A program made the translations under genes and the position numbers. DNA of 64,000 bases from an uncultured bacterium (GTDB taxonomy: Bacteria; Patescibacteriota; Minisyncoccia; Phycocordibacterales; PALSA-1337), in the NCBI GenBank assembly GCA_963848635.1, contig CAWKEA010000005.1, positions 352,585 to 416,584 on the forward strand, given 5' to 3'. Positions 1 to 8,443 of this stretch are shown here, in pieces (positions within the stretch are counted from its first letter, which is position 1; the number at the start of each line of letters is the position of its first letter). Under the pieces are notes generated by a model. That model searched no databases. It was not told the origin of the DNA and saw only the letters and a program-made list of their open reading frames with translations.

Positions 1-539
1 CCACTTCAGGCTCGACTATGTATTCCTTCAAGAAAGACGAATGGATCAAGGAATACGCGCACGACCTTTCTTCCGCCGAAAAAGAAAAAATATATGCCTC
101 ATTCAAGGAAGCCGTGAACGAATCAGGCGAGAAGATGCCGATAGAGACATACGGACCAGTCGCAGAGGATCGCGGCGGACAGATCACGTTCTCGGCCGAT
201 GGCCAGGAGGCACCCGTCACGGTGAAAGCAGAATGGGACCCCACTGAAAAGAAGCGCCTGCATATCGTCTCGTTCCTTTCGCCGCTTTTGCCTGAATTCT
301 CCATCGGCATCGGCGGCATGACTTCGATCGACGTGACGAAAAAAGGCATCGATAAGGCTTTCGGCGTTCGCATGATCTGCGAATATACAAAGATCCCTAT
401 CGAACGGGCGCTCTATGTCGGCGACGCGCTCTTTCCCGGAGGCAATGATTATGCCGCGCGAGCGAGCGGCGTAGAATGCTTTGAGGTAAAAAGCGTAGAC
501 GATACGAAGCGGCTCATCGAAAAGATAGTCGGCGTATAA
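1..539 (+). CDS. HAD-superfamily IIB hydrolase (phosphomannomutase-like), 5' truncated by window edge
   Basis: Motifs EDRGGQITFS, GGMTSIDVT, DKAFG, YVGDALFPGGNDY; frame is open upstream of the ATG at 18 (TSGST-M). Confidence 0.85.
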   Translation, partial: TSGSTMYSFKKDEWIKEYAHDLSSAEKEKIYASFKEAVNESGEKMPIETYGPVAEDRGGQITFSADGQEAPVTVKAEWDPTEKKRLHIVSFLSPLLPEFSIGIGGMTSIDVTKKGIDKAFGVRMICEYTKIPIERALYVGDALFPGGNDYAARASGVECFEVKSVDDTKRLIEKIVGV

Positions 540-592
540 TTCATCGACACGAGCCACGCCGCTGATACAACGTCTCTCCCGGTATAGGATTT

Positions 593-898
593 TTACGCAG
601 AATGCGTATGATCGTGCGCGTGTTCGCGATGCGAGGCATCAGCTTTGCCCGGCCACTTCTTCAAGAAGAAGACTATGTAGACGAGCTCGAGGATGCCGAG
701 CGTATTAAAGACGAGCAAAGCGATGAACCACCATACCTTGCCGAGCTTAGCGGCATTCCACAAAGCATAGCCTTTGAGGACGACGGTAAAGACAAGCCAC
801 AGCGCCGCGATGAGAAAAAAGACCGAGCCGAATATGCCGAATCCGAAAGGGCTCCACACTTGAGGACCGAACATCGAATATGAATGGTAATACATCAT
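593..898 (-). CDS. DUF5652-like small membrane protein
   Basis: LKGYALWNAAK...WWFIALLVFNTLGILELVY pattern typical of the CPR DUF5652 family. Confidence 0.75.
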   Translation of the reverse strand: MMYYHSYSMFGPQVWSPFGFGIFGSVFFLIAALWLVFTVVLKGYALWNAAKLGKVWWFIALLVFNTLGILELVYIVFFLKKWPGKADASHREHAHDHTHSA

Positions 899-986
899 GT
901 TTTTGATTGATTATTTGTATAGGTAATTGACTGACGCTATTAGTGTAGCATAGAAAAATGCTTCCCTGCCGATGGTGTTGGTTGGG

Positions 987-1487
987 TCACACGAGCTTCT
1001 GAATGCATTTGATATAAGCATCGGTCATCCTATGTTTAGTCTTGGGAACAAGAAAATCAGCAGGCATATGTTTCTCGAATTCTCCTGCCAGACTTACATA
1101 AGGGACTTTTAGGCCTTCCAGAGAAACCTTTATCTTTTTGATATCGGCGGCGATCTCTTCCGCAAGACTTTTTGGCATATGCTCCGAATAATCTTCAACA
1201 AGACTCTTGAAAGAAAACTCGTGGAGGGGTGAAATCGAAGCAAAAATCGCCTTTTTACAAGGATATTTTTTGGCGACGAGATAGGCCAAAATAGCTCCAA
1301 AAGAAAAACCGCACACGACAGCATTTTTCCCAACCGCAAAAACCTGCGACGAGAGAGGTTTGTACCAGTCCGGATTTACGCAGTTGACTTTATACCCTTT
1401 GGCTCTCAAGGAGGCTGCAAGTTTCTTGTATCGCGCTTCCGTGCATGTTTCTCCAAGACCGGGAATTATGTAAATTATTTTTTTCAT
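987..1487 (-). CDS. small alpha/beta hydrolase-fold protein
   Basis: IIPGLG oxyanion-like strand, GFSFGA nucleophile elbow, C-terminal His. Confidence 0.65.
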   Translation of the reverse strand: MKKIIYIIPGLGETCTEARYKKLAASLRAKGYKVNCVNPDWYKPLSSQVFAVGKNAVVCGFSFGAILAYLVAKKYPCKKAIFASISPLHEFSFKSLVEDYSEHMPKSLAEEIAADIKKIKVSLEGLKVPYVSLAGEFEKHMPADFLVPKTKHRMTDAYIKCIQKLV

Positions 1488-1571
1488 GTGATTCTGCTCT
1501 AAATAAACTACCTCACAGCAACATCCTCTAACAATTCATCGAACCATTTCTGTTTGATATCTGCCATCGTT

Positions 1572-1880
1572 TTATAGTTTTTCTATCTTGCCAGTGTCGC
1601 CGTCGACTAAAACGAGATCGCCGTCTTTTAAACGATCAAGAAGCTCTTTCACCCCGACAACACAGGTCTTTTTTATTTCCCTGCAAAATATCGCCGCATG
1701 TGACAATAAGCCGCCGTTCTCTGTGACCACCCCTCCTGCGCTCAGGATCTCCACACACATTTCAGGACTCGTGCTCTTTGAGATCAGAATGTCTTCGTTG
1801 GAATACGAAAGGCCTTTTGAGTAGACCTTGACTCTGCCCCTTACCGAACCGCCTGAAGCCGCAATGCCTTGTAACGTCAT
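1572..1880 (-). CDS. stand-alone PEP-utilising enzyme mobile (phospho-His) domain
   Basis: GIAASGG.V.G, T.PE, VTENGGLLSHAAIFCRE, DGDLVLVDGDTG. Confidence 0.85.
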   Translation of the reverse strand: MTLQGIAASGGSVRGRVKVYSKGLSYSNEDILISKSTSPEMCVEILSAGGVVTENGGLLSHAAIFCREIKKTCVVGVKELLDRLKDGDLVLVDGDTGKIEKL

Positions 1881-1885
1881 ACGAG

Positions 1886-2779
1886 TTATTTTATTAGATT
1901 AAGTATGCCCTTTTCTAATTGACCAACAGGTATCGAACAAGTCTTGATATACATTTCCTTTACCGCGTCAGGAAACGGATAGCTGAGAAACAACGATTGC
2001 TCATTCGGTATCTCGAACCCGAAAGAGCTGTAAATCTGCTGAATCACATACGCTCTATCAAAGACGCTCGAATCCTTTACGTCGCCGATTTTATGTATCA
2101 ATTTTTTGTTTAAATCGCCTACATCGATACCGCTCAGTATGCCACCTTTCTCCACATACACTTTCGAGGAATCAAGATCCTCTGGATTCATTATATGCTC
2201 AAAATAATCAACGGCCATGCCCTCTTTCAAAGATTTAACTACAACATTAAAATCTAAGCCTGTTCTATGGTAATAGCGATACACGTATGCGTCGTCAAAA
2301 AACAATTGGACGCCGAATGACCTGAAAATAGGGTTCACCATCTCGACCAAGTTATCAAGGAGGAAAACGGTCGGCCTTGCTGATACCTCATCCGCATCGT
2401 TATCGATCACCCATTGAGGCTTGACGGTTGGACCGTTTTTTCTCAACGAAGGATCGTCTTTTCGAGATGCTGATATTTTTTGAATTATCGAACTGAGCAA
2501 ATGTGAATAATTCTCAGCACCCATGATTTCCTTCGCTTTTTCATTGAGAAAGTAAAAAATGAGGTTTGAAAGCTTGCCAGGATACAATCCCTTTTTAAAG
2601 AGATCATCAGCCGAATCGCCGGACTCTAGAATGCTTTCAGGCAATAATTTCATGAAGAAAGGACCCGAATAATACATCGCCTCGACTGAGCTTATTGGCC
2701 ACTGTGACAATATATCAGAATTATGTTGTATTTTAGCGACATCCTCAGATATGCTGATTTTGACGTTTTTTATGTCCAT
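1886..2779 (-). CDS. hypothetical protein, co-oriented and 5 bp from the PEP-domain gene
   Basis: 297 aa AT-rich ORF with no motif recognised. Confidence 0.6.
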   Translation of the reverse strand: MDIKNVKISISEDVAKIQHNSDILSQWPISSVEAMYYSGPFFMKLLPESILESGDSADDLFKKGLYPGKLSNLIFYFLNEKAKEIMGAENYSHLLSSIIQKISASRKDDPSLRKNGPTVKPQWVIDNDADEVSARPTVFLLDNLVEMVNPIFRSFGVQLFFDDAYVYRYYHRTGLDFNVVVKSLKEGMAVDYFEHIMNPEDLDSSKVYVEKGGILSGIDVGDLNKKLIHKIGDVKDSSVFDRAYVIQQIYSSFGFEIPNEQSLFLSYPFPDAVKEMYIKTCSIPVGQLEKGILNLIK

Positions 2780-2965
2780 ATTTGTTGCTTAGATCAGACA
2801 ACGCTAAGATAATAACACATCCATCGGAACTACTTAAAAGAAATGATCCGGCTTCTCCAGTATAATCCGAACAATATCGGGACGACGAGAATGATGACAT
2901 CAGAAGATAGCTGTCGGAAGTCAGAAAAAAGACTCATAAAGAAACTTGCCGGCTGGTTCGGAGAT

Positions 2966-3196
2966 TCAGACGCTGAAGATTGGCGTATTCGATTCTTGAT
3001 ATGCGAGTATTGTTGCACGGAAAGTGTTGTACAAGTCGTTCACTGTGTTCCGATTGAGTCCCGTTAGATGAGCCGCCTGCGTTGCGTTTACATCCTCGGC
3101 AAAACAGCTCAAAATCCGGCGCCGTTTCTTTTCTGAAATTCTTCTGAATTTGTAAGGCATTTCTAGAGTTTAGCATTGATTTGCTAGTCTAGAGCC
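2966..3196 (-). mobile_element. IS1595-family transposase remnant (N-terminal HTH only) with one candidate terminal repeat
   Basis: RISEKKRRRILSCFAEDVNATQAAHLTGLNRNTVNDLY resembles an IS1595/IS1016 N-terminus; GGCTCTAGACTAGC lies just upstream; no DDE domain or second end found. Confidence 0.65.
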
Positions 3197-3260
3197 TATA
3201 AATTACAGCATGCGACTGACATTTTTATTACCCAATACTGAACTTTATTTAATCCCAGAT

Positions 3261-3737
3261 TTATTGTTTATTATTCAGTTTTTCAATATTTTTCATTAAT
3301 TCTTTTAGCGGCGCTATATTATATATTTTCCTTTCCTCATCGGTAGTCCGTGAATCGACAGGCAATATTTTCCATTTACTCTGCGGATCTTTCTTCCGAT
3401 ACTGAGTGCCGAATTTTTGTCTCTTACCTCTCTTAATGAGTAATCTGTCCAAACATGTAGCATAAAATGCTAGGGCTTTTTTGTATCCAAGTTTATGGCT
3501 TTTTTCAGAAAGATTAACCGCTTTGATAGAATCATGAATACCAGAACCGTGATGAAATATCATTGCCGCAAGATAGTAATCTTTTGCCGAAAGAAGTTTA
3601 TTTTTACGAATAATATCCTGTACAATTTTCTTTCTAGCCTTATCATTTTTTGTAAGTAAGGTTCCGTCATTACGTATTACAGGATCGTGCCGGTCTTTCT
3701 GATCATCATCAAATATTTTTTGCAACTTCTTGTTCAT
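3261..3737 (-). CDS. DUF6624-like helical protein
   Basis: DDQKDR...AAMIFHHG...DRLLIKRGKRQKFGTQY. Confidence 0.55.
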   Translation of the reverse strand: MNKKLQKIFDDDQKDRHDPVIRNDGTLLTKNDKARKKIVQDIIRKNKLLSAKDYYLAAMIFHHGSGIHDSIKAVNLSEKSHKLGYKKALAFYATCLDRLLIKRGKRQKFGTQYRKKDPQSKWKILPVDSRTTDEERKIYNIAPLKELMKNIEKLNNKQ

Positions 3738-3804
3738 ATATGGATTCTAACATAAAAAAAGCCGCGCCAAGAAATTTGTTGTTTCAGGGTGCGGCTGTGT
3801 TATT

Positions 3805-4165
3805 TTATATCTTGCCAGCAATTAGAGTTTTTGCGATGGATACTGATATCGGCTGTTTTGTCATTGCCTCAATCCATGCCCATTGACCATTGCAATTGAT
3901 TTCCAAGAATACCAACTGGTTTTCTGGAGTAACAATTGCATCTATAGTTGCAAAATTCAGATTCATTTTTCTGGCGAGTCGAAGGCACTTTTTCTTAACT
4001 GATGGACTCAACAGATGTTCTTCATGGTGAAGTTTTTTGAAATCCTCTTTTCTCCAATCAGTTTTCGCTCGCTTATTTGCCTGCGAATCTATTTTTGTCG
4101 CAAAAACTTTCTTTCCAACAACAGTAATTCGATTTCAAACAGTTTCGGTATGTGCGGTTGGAAAT
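3805..4165 (-). pseudogene. C-terminal fragment of an MvdC/MvdD (RimK-like) ATP-grasp ligase
   Basis: Manual translation across one indel: FQPHIPKLFEI/ITVVGKKVFATKIDSQ...DWRK...FATIDAIVTPENQLVFLEINCNGQWAWIE; no N-terminal half. Confidence 0.75.
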
Positions 4166-4173
4166 TCTCCCCT

Positions 4174-4227
4174 TGCCAAAAAATGAATAATGTTGTAGAT
4201 TCATAAATAGAAGCTCGTTCGTTGACA
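4174..4227 (+). promoter_or_regulatory. sigma70-like promoter plus leader motif of paralog 1
   Basis: TTGCCA-17 bp-TAGATT, then AAGCTCGTTCGTTGACA (4211-4227), identical to 5556-5572. Confidence 0.55.
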
Positions 4228-4282
4228 TAATGTCGCGAAAAGTGAGATCTGAAAACCAACCAACAAAAAGAAAAGCTAGCGT

Positions 4283-5430
4283 ATGAAAATAACCAGTCTG
4301 ATGTCGGTAATCTTGGTCACCACGGTTTCGATCCTGGTGCAAGCAAAACCTATTGTCGTCCCGCCGCCACTGCCTCCGTCATACCTGATCCCGCCGACGA
4401 ATACGGTCAAGAGGACGGTGATTGCCGCCGCCGCAAACACAAAAACGGTTTCGGTAAAGCAGGATGGGACATCTCCTGAACCAGATATTCCTTCGCCTGT
4501 TCCAGACATTCCCGCCCCTGCTTATGTGTTCCCTGCGATCGGCACCTTGCAAAAGGTGTCGGATTCGGCAGCAAAGAGCGTGAACAGGATTTTCCTGTTC
4601 GGATGGGCGTACAGCACAATGGCTCATTCATTTCGATTGGCAGCATATCCTATTTGCCTTCGAATTATCCATTCACCAATAAAGTCGGGATGGATCAATT
4701 CATTGCTGCACAGATAATCTCAAATGCACTCTACTTTGTGGCAACGAATACAAGTGCTACTTTGGACAAGAGCAAAGGGGTACTCATAGAGATTGATTGC
4801 CTCATATCAGCAAACTAGGCAAGTCAGCCAAGATATATTCAGCTATAAGAGCACTATCACGCTGGCTCAATCGAACGGGATATACTCCGTTCCTGATCTA
4901 TCCTGGTTCTCGACGACCTTATCGAGTTCAATTCCCTTCAACGTCCCACTGCCTTTCCCATGGGCACACGTTGAAGTCGGTAACAAGGGCAATCAGTCCC
5001 GACTGAAATTGACGACCCTCATTGGACAAACAATCCAGTCGGTTCGGACGGTTTCCTGTACTTATCAACAAGCGACATAACTAATTCCGCCTCGTCTGGT
5101 GGAAGCTTGTGGATGAAGATCACTCTGTTCGATACGAACAGGTTCCAGATCTTCGATGGTGACGGCAACAGCGTTCCGGAACACCTTATGAAACTCGCCG
5201 TGAGTAAAAATGGCACCGGCGATCTCATCACCGTAACCAACGGCGATTCCGGCCGGGGATTCTACCTGCAAGGTTCGACAAATCTGGCAAACGCGAATTC
5301 ATGGATCAATTGCAGTCCCGTCACCTTTGTTTCCCCGACAAACGGGATGCCAAGCCTCTTCAATGTCTCAAGGACTAATGCCTACATGTTTTTCCGCACG
5401 GCTACGACAAATACACCGCCGACGTACTGA
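4283..5430 (+). pseudogene. frameshifted paralog of the 5649-6728 secreted protein (real pseudogene or sequencing errors)
   Basis: Fragments in several frames align to the downstream copy (PAIGTLQKVSDS, MDQFIA, LDKSKGVL, WAHVEVG, LWMKI, LQGSTNL, FFRT, PPTY); at least four indels. Confidence 0.75.
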
Positions 5431-5447
5431 ACAACACTAATAACACA

Positions 5448-5477
5448 AGGCCCGCAACGTAGTGCGGGCCTCTTTTT
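5448..5477 (+). terminator. intrinsic terminator
   Basis: AGGCCCGCA-acgtag-TGCGGGCCT followed by CTTTTT. Confidence 0.8.
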
Positions 5478-5516
5478 ATCCCCAGGTTACCCACAGAAAT
5501 CGATATTTACGCCCCC

Positions 5517-5572
5517 TTGCCAAAAACAGAGCAGTATGATATACTACTGGACAGTAAGCTCGTTCGTTGACA
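5517..5572 (+). promoter_or_regulatory. sigma70-like promoter plus leader motif of paralog 2
   Basis: TTGCCA-17 bp-TATACT, then AAGCTCGTTCGTTGACA. Confidence 0.6.
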
Positions 5573-5648
5573 ATGTGTCATACGAAAGTTGAGTCTTCCG
5601 GTTAACCTGCCGTGTTCTCGAACATGGCGCAAAAAAGAAAGGAGTCGT

Positions 5649-6728
5649 ATGAAAACGATTCGTAGTATTGCAGAGATTATTGCAGTGGCGACGACCATCT
5701 TCCTTGCGTCGTGCAAGGAAGCAAAGGCGGCTATCATAGTGCCGACATACTCAATGCCGGCAATCGGCACCTTGCAAAAGGTGTCGGATTCGGGTGCTGG
5801 AAGTATCACGCGAATTATTTATTTCGCGTGGGCATATGGAACAAATGGGCAAGCAATAGCTATCGGGAACATACCTGTAAGCTACATACCAACCACAAGT
5901 CCATTCGCCAGCAAAGCCTTGATGGATCAATTTATCGCAGTACAGACCATTTCTAATGTGCTGTATTTCATAGCGACAAACACAAGCACATCCCTGGACA
6001 AAAGTAAGGGAGTATTAGTTGAAGTTGACTGCCGCATGGTCCAAGACGGTCAAGACAGTCAGGACGTATTTAGCTATAGAAATGCGATCCAACTTACAGA
6101 AAATGTAAGCGGAACATATTCCGTTCCCGACCTTTCGGGATTCTCGACAAGCCTTGCGAGTTCAATCCCTTTCTACGTTCCGGCACCCTTCACATGGGCT
6201 CATGTCGAGGTTGGGTATAAAAACAACCCTTACCCGTTTGAACTTGACGACCTTCACTGGACAAATAATCCGATAGCTTCGGACGGCTATCTATACTTCA
6301 ATGCCGGTGATATAACAAATTCATCGTCATCAAACGGAAGTTTATGGATGAAGATATCCCTCTTCGACAACGGTAGGTTCCAAACCTTCAACGGCGACGG
6401 TGGCAAGCAAATCGCCCCGACGCCGATGGTCCTCGGGATCAGCAACGTGATATCTGGCAGTTACCAGGTCATCGTAAAAAAACGTATCGTTGTTATAGGA
6501 ACGAGCACAAACGTGCTTGTGTCGGTGACAAAGGGTGATGCCGGTATCGGCTTCATTCTGCAAAGCTCAACGAACCTATTGACATGGAGCAATGTCACAG
6601 GGACGAACTTCGTCTCTGCGACGAACGATGTCCAGGGCGCGATACCGTACTCACTCCCCTGGCCATTTACGAATACGAGTACATTCTTTAGGACATTGTT
6701 GGTGACGAATGCGCCGCCAACCTACTGA
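5649..6728 (+). CDS. secreted Ser/Thr/Asn-rich protein with C-terminal LQSSTNL..W...FFR motif
   Basis: AAGGAG RBS before ATG 5649; signal peptide; C-terminus GFILQSSTNLLTW...TNTSTFFRT...PPTY. Confidence 0.8.
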   Translation: MKTIRSIAEIIAVATTIFLASCKEAKAAIIVPTYSMPAIGTLQKVSDSGAGSITRIIYFAWAYGTNGQAIAIGNIPVSYIPTTSPFASKALMDQFIAVQTISNVLYFIATNTSTSLDKSKGVLVEVDCRMVQDGQDSQDVFSYRNAIQLTENVSGTYSVPDLSGFSTSLASSIPFYVPAPFTWAHVEVGYKNNPYPFELDDLHWTNNPIASDGYLYFNAGDITNSSSSNGSLWMKISLFDNGRFQTFNGDGGKQIAPTPMVLGISNVISGSYQVIVKKRIVVIGTSTNVLVSVTKGDAGIGFILQSSTNLLTWSNVTGTNFVSATNDVQGAIPYSLPWPFTNTSTFFRTLLVTNAPPTY

Positions 6729-6745
6729 AGTTTCCGAAAACCAAA

Positions 6746-6776
6746 AACCCGCAACGAAAGTTGCGGGTTCTTTTTT
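6746..6776 (+). terminator. intrinsic terminator, possibly bidirectional
   Basis: AACCCGCAAC-GAAA-GTTGCGGGTT with A-run before and T-run after. Confidence 0.85.
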
Positions 6777-6803
6777 ATATGCACTCTCCTATTATCTATT
6801 TGT

Positions 6804-8111
6804 TTATTGCTCCTGAATAGATGAAGGAACCACATCTATCTCTACAGTATTACTGGTAATAGCTGAAGAAGCTTCTGCTGGTTTACCAATTAGATCATTA
6901 ACAAGCGACATAAAGAAACCTGCACGACTAGAAGAGTTTGAACATATCATATTAACCTTATAAATACCACTCGAAGTATAACTGAAATTTGTTAATCCGA
7001 TATTAGTAATCAAGACGAGAGATTGTGACCAACTTGATGGAGTCCAGTCAACTGGTGAAACAACTTTGCCACTGCAAGTCATACCACTCGGCCATGAGTA
7101 AGCGACAGTAGCACTGCCTCCAGTGTGAATAGTAGTCTTTGTAGTACAGCTCCCCAATGTCCCATTGGTATTAAAGCTCGATACACAATTAGCATCAGTC
7201 GCGGAAGACGTATGGACAAACAAGACCGGGGCGTTTGCGGCTGGGGCGACCGGAGTTAAGGCCGGGATGGTGACGCTACCGCAAGAGATGCCGCTGACGG
7301 TCGCATGAGTCGGGGTTGCGCTGTCTGTCACACTTCCCGTGACGGATATGGTCTGTTGATAAGAGCTTGCCGATTCCGCATATGGTCCGAGATTCTGCGA
7401 TTGAGCTGTGGAACCATTACTCCATGAATAGGTATATGGGCCAGTGCCGCCGTTAGGAGCGAGCAAGACATTGATATTGGCGTTGGTGCCCGAAGAACTG
7501 ACAGAGCTCAAACACGAGGCGGTCAAAGAAGTCGAGGTGCCCTGAGCTGGATTTGGTCCGACCGTGACGGCCGACGAAGAGCTCGTATTGAATTGCAACC
7601 AACCGACCACAGTGCTTCCCCAGGCATAGCCGATGAATTGGCCATTTGACGGCACGAATGTAACGCCGTTGTTTCCCTGAGTATCCCCTGTCAGATGGTT
7701 CGTTCCCGCAAGCTGGATCCAACCGTCCCAACCGTCAGTCCTTGCAGTAGAAGTCGAGCAATCCCCCGCCGCAGATCCAGCGCAGGCACGTGCCCAGCCA
7801 GAGACGGCACCTGTCGACATATTTACGGTCGCGGGACACGAGCCAGTTGGACAGCCCGTCGTGTCGGCGGCATTGAAGGAAACCCAGCCGATATTCGATG
7901 ACCAGGCATAGCCGGAAAGACAGGCGGCAGTCGTCGAACAAGGCGTCGACGTGGACAATTGAACAGTAGCGCCGTCAGCCGGATTGAAGCTCAGCCAACC
8001 GACATTTGGCGACCAAGCATAGCCCGAGAGAGAGGTGGCGGCAGAGGCCGAAGCCGCAGAGAGGAGCGCGACGGCGGAAACGGCCAGAGCGAACGATATT
8101 TTTTTGAGCAT
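6804..8111 (-). CDS. secreted/surface protein with GYAWS..GW.SF repeats (CPR type)
   Basis: Signal peptide, three GYAW...GW repeats, GWDGWI motif, Ser/Thr-rich C-terminus. Confidence 0.8.
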   Translation of the reverse strand: MLKKISFALAVSAVALLSAASASAATSLSGYAWSPNVGWLSFNPADGATVQLSTSTPCSTTAACLSGYAWSSNIGWVSFNAADTTGCPTGSCPATVNMSTGAVSGWARACAGSAAGDCSTSTARTDGWDGWIQLAGTNHLTGDTQGNNGVTFVPSNGQFIGYAWGSTVVGWLQFNTSSSSAVTVGPNPAQGTSTSLTASCLSSVSSSGTNANINVLLAPNGGTGPYTYSWSNGSTAQSQNLGPYAESASSYQQTISVTGSVTDSATPTHATVSGISCGSVTIPALTPVAPAANAPVLFVHTSSATDANCVSSFNTNGTLGSCTTKTTIHTGGSATVAYSWPSGMTCSGKVVSPVDWTPSSWSQSLVLITNIGLTNFSYTSSGIYKVNMICSNSSSRAGFFMSLVNDLIGKPAEASSAITSNTVEIDVVPSSIQEQ

Positions 8112-8272
8112 GATTATGGTGTTGGCTTTATGTTATTAAAGTATGAAAAACCCGTGAGTCCATTGTATCAAGAATCGTCCCGGAATGCGCCTTGGAGTTA
8201 TCAACAAGGGGAAGGGAGCGCTTCATACTTGAAAGCTTACTTAAAAAGCCGCGTTCGATCTTTAAAACCTAA

Positions 8273-8437
8273 TTATTTGTGTGCCACAACATCAATCACA
8301 TCATCCTCGATGTCATACATCAATATTTCTTCCACTTCAGGATCTCGGAGCGGCCTTTCTTGTGCAAGAGAAACGAGCCTATCTTCAGTGACTTTTTCCG
8401 AGTTTGGCTCCGCTTCATTTGAAGGAAATTTATCCAT
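8273..8437 (-). CDS. small acidic hypothetical protein or remnant (54 aa)
   Basis: MDKFPSNEAEPN...VVAHK*, starting 6 bp after the aspS stop. Confidence 0.35.
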   Translation of the reverse strand: MDKFPSNEAEPNSEKVTEDRLVSLAQERPLRDPEVEEILMYDIEDDVIDVVAHK

Positions 8438-8443
8438 ATTTTC

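Noticed and set aside
2780-3200. Active IS1595 element
   Set aside because: Only the N-terminal HTH and one possible end remain; no DDE domain
3745-3804. Integron attC site between accessory genes
   Set aside because: Better explained as a terminator followed by an extended -10; no integrase or repeated attC structure seen
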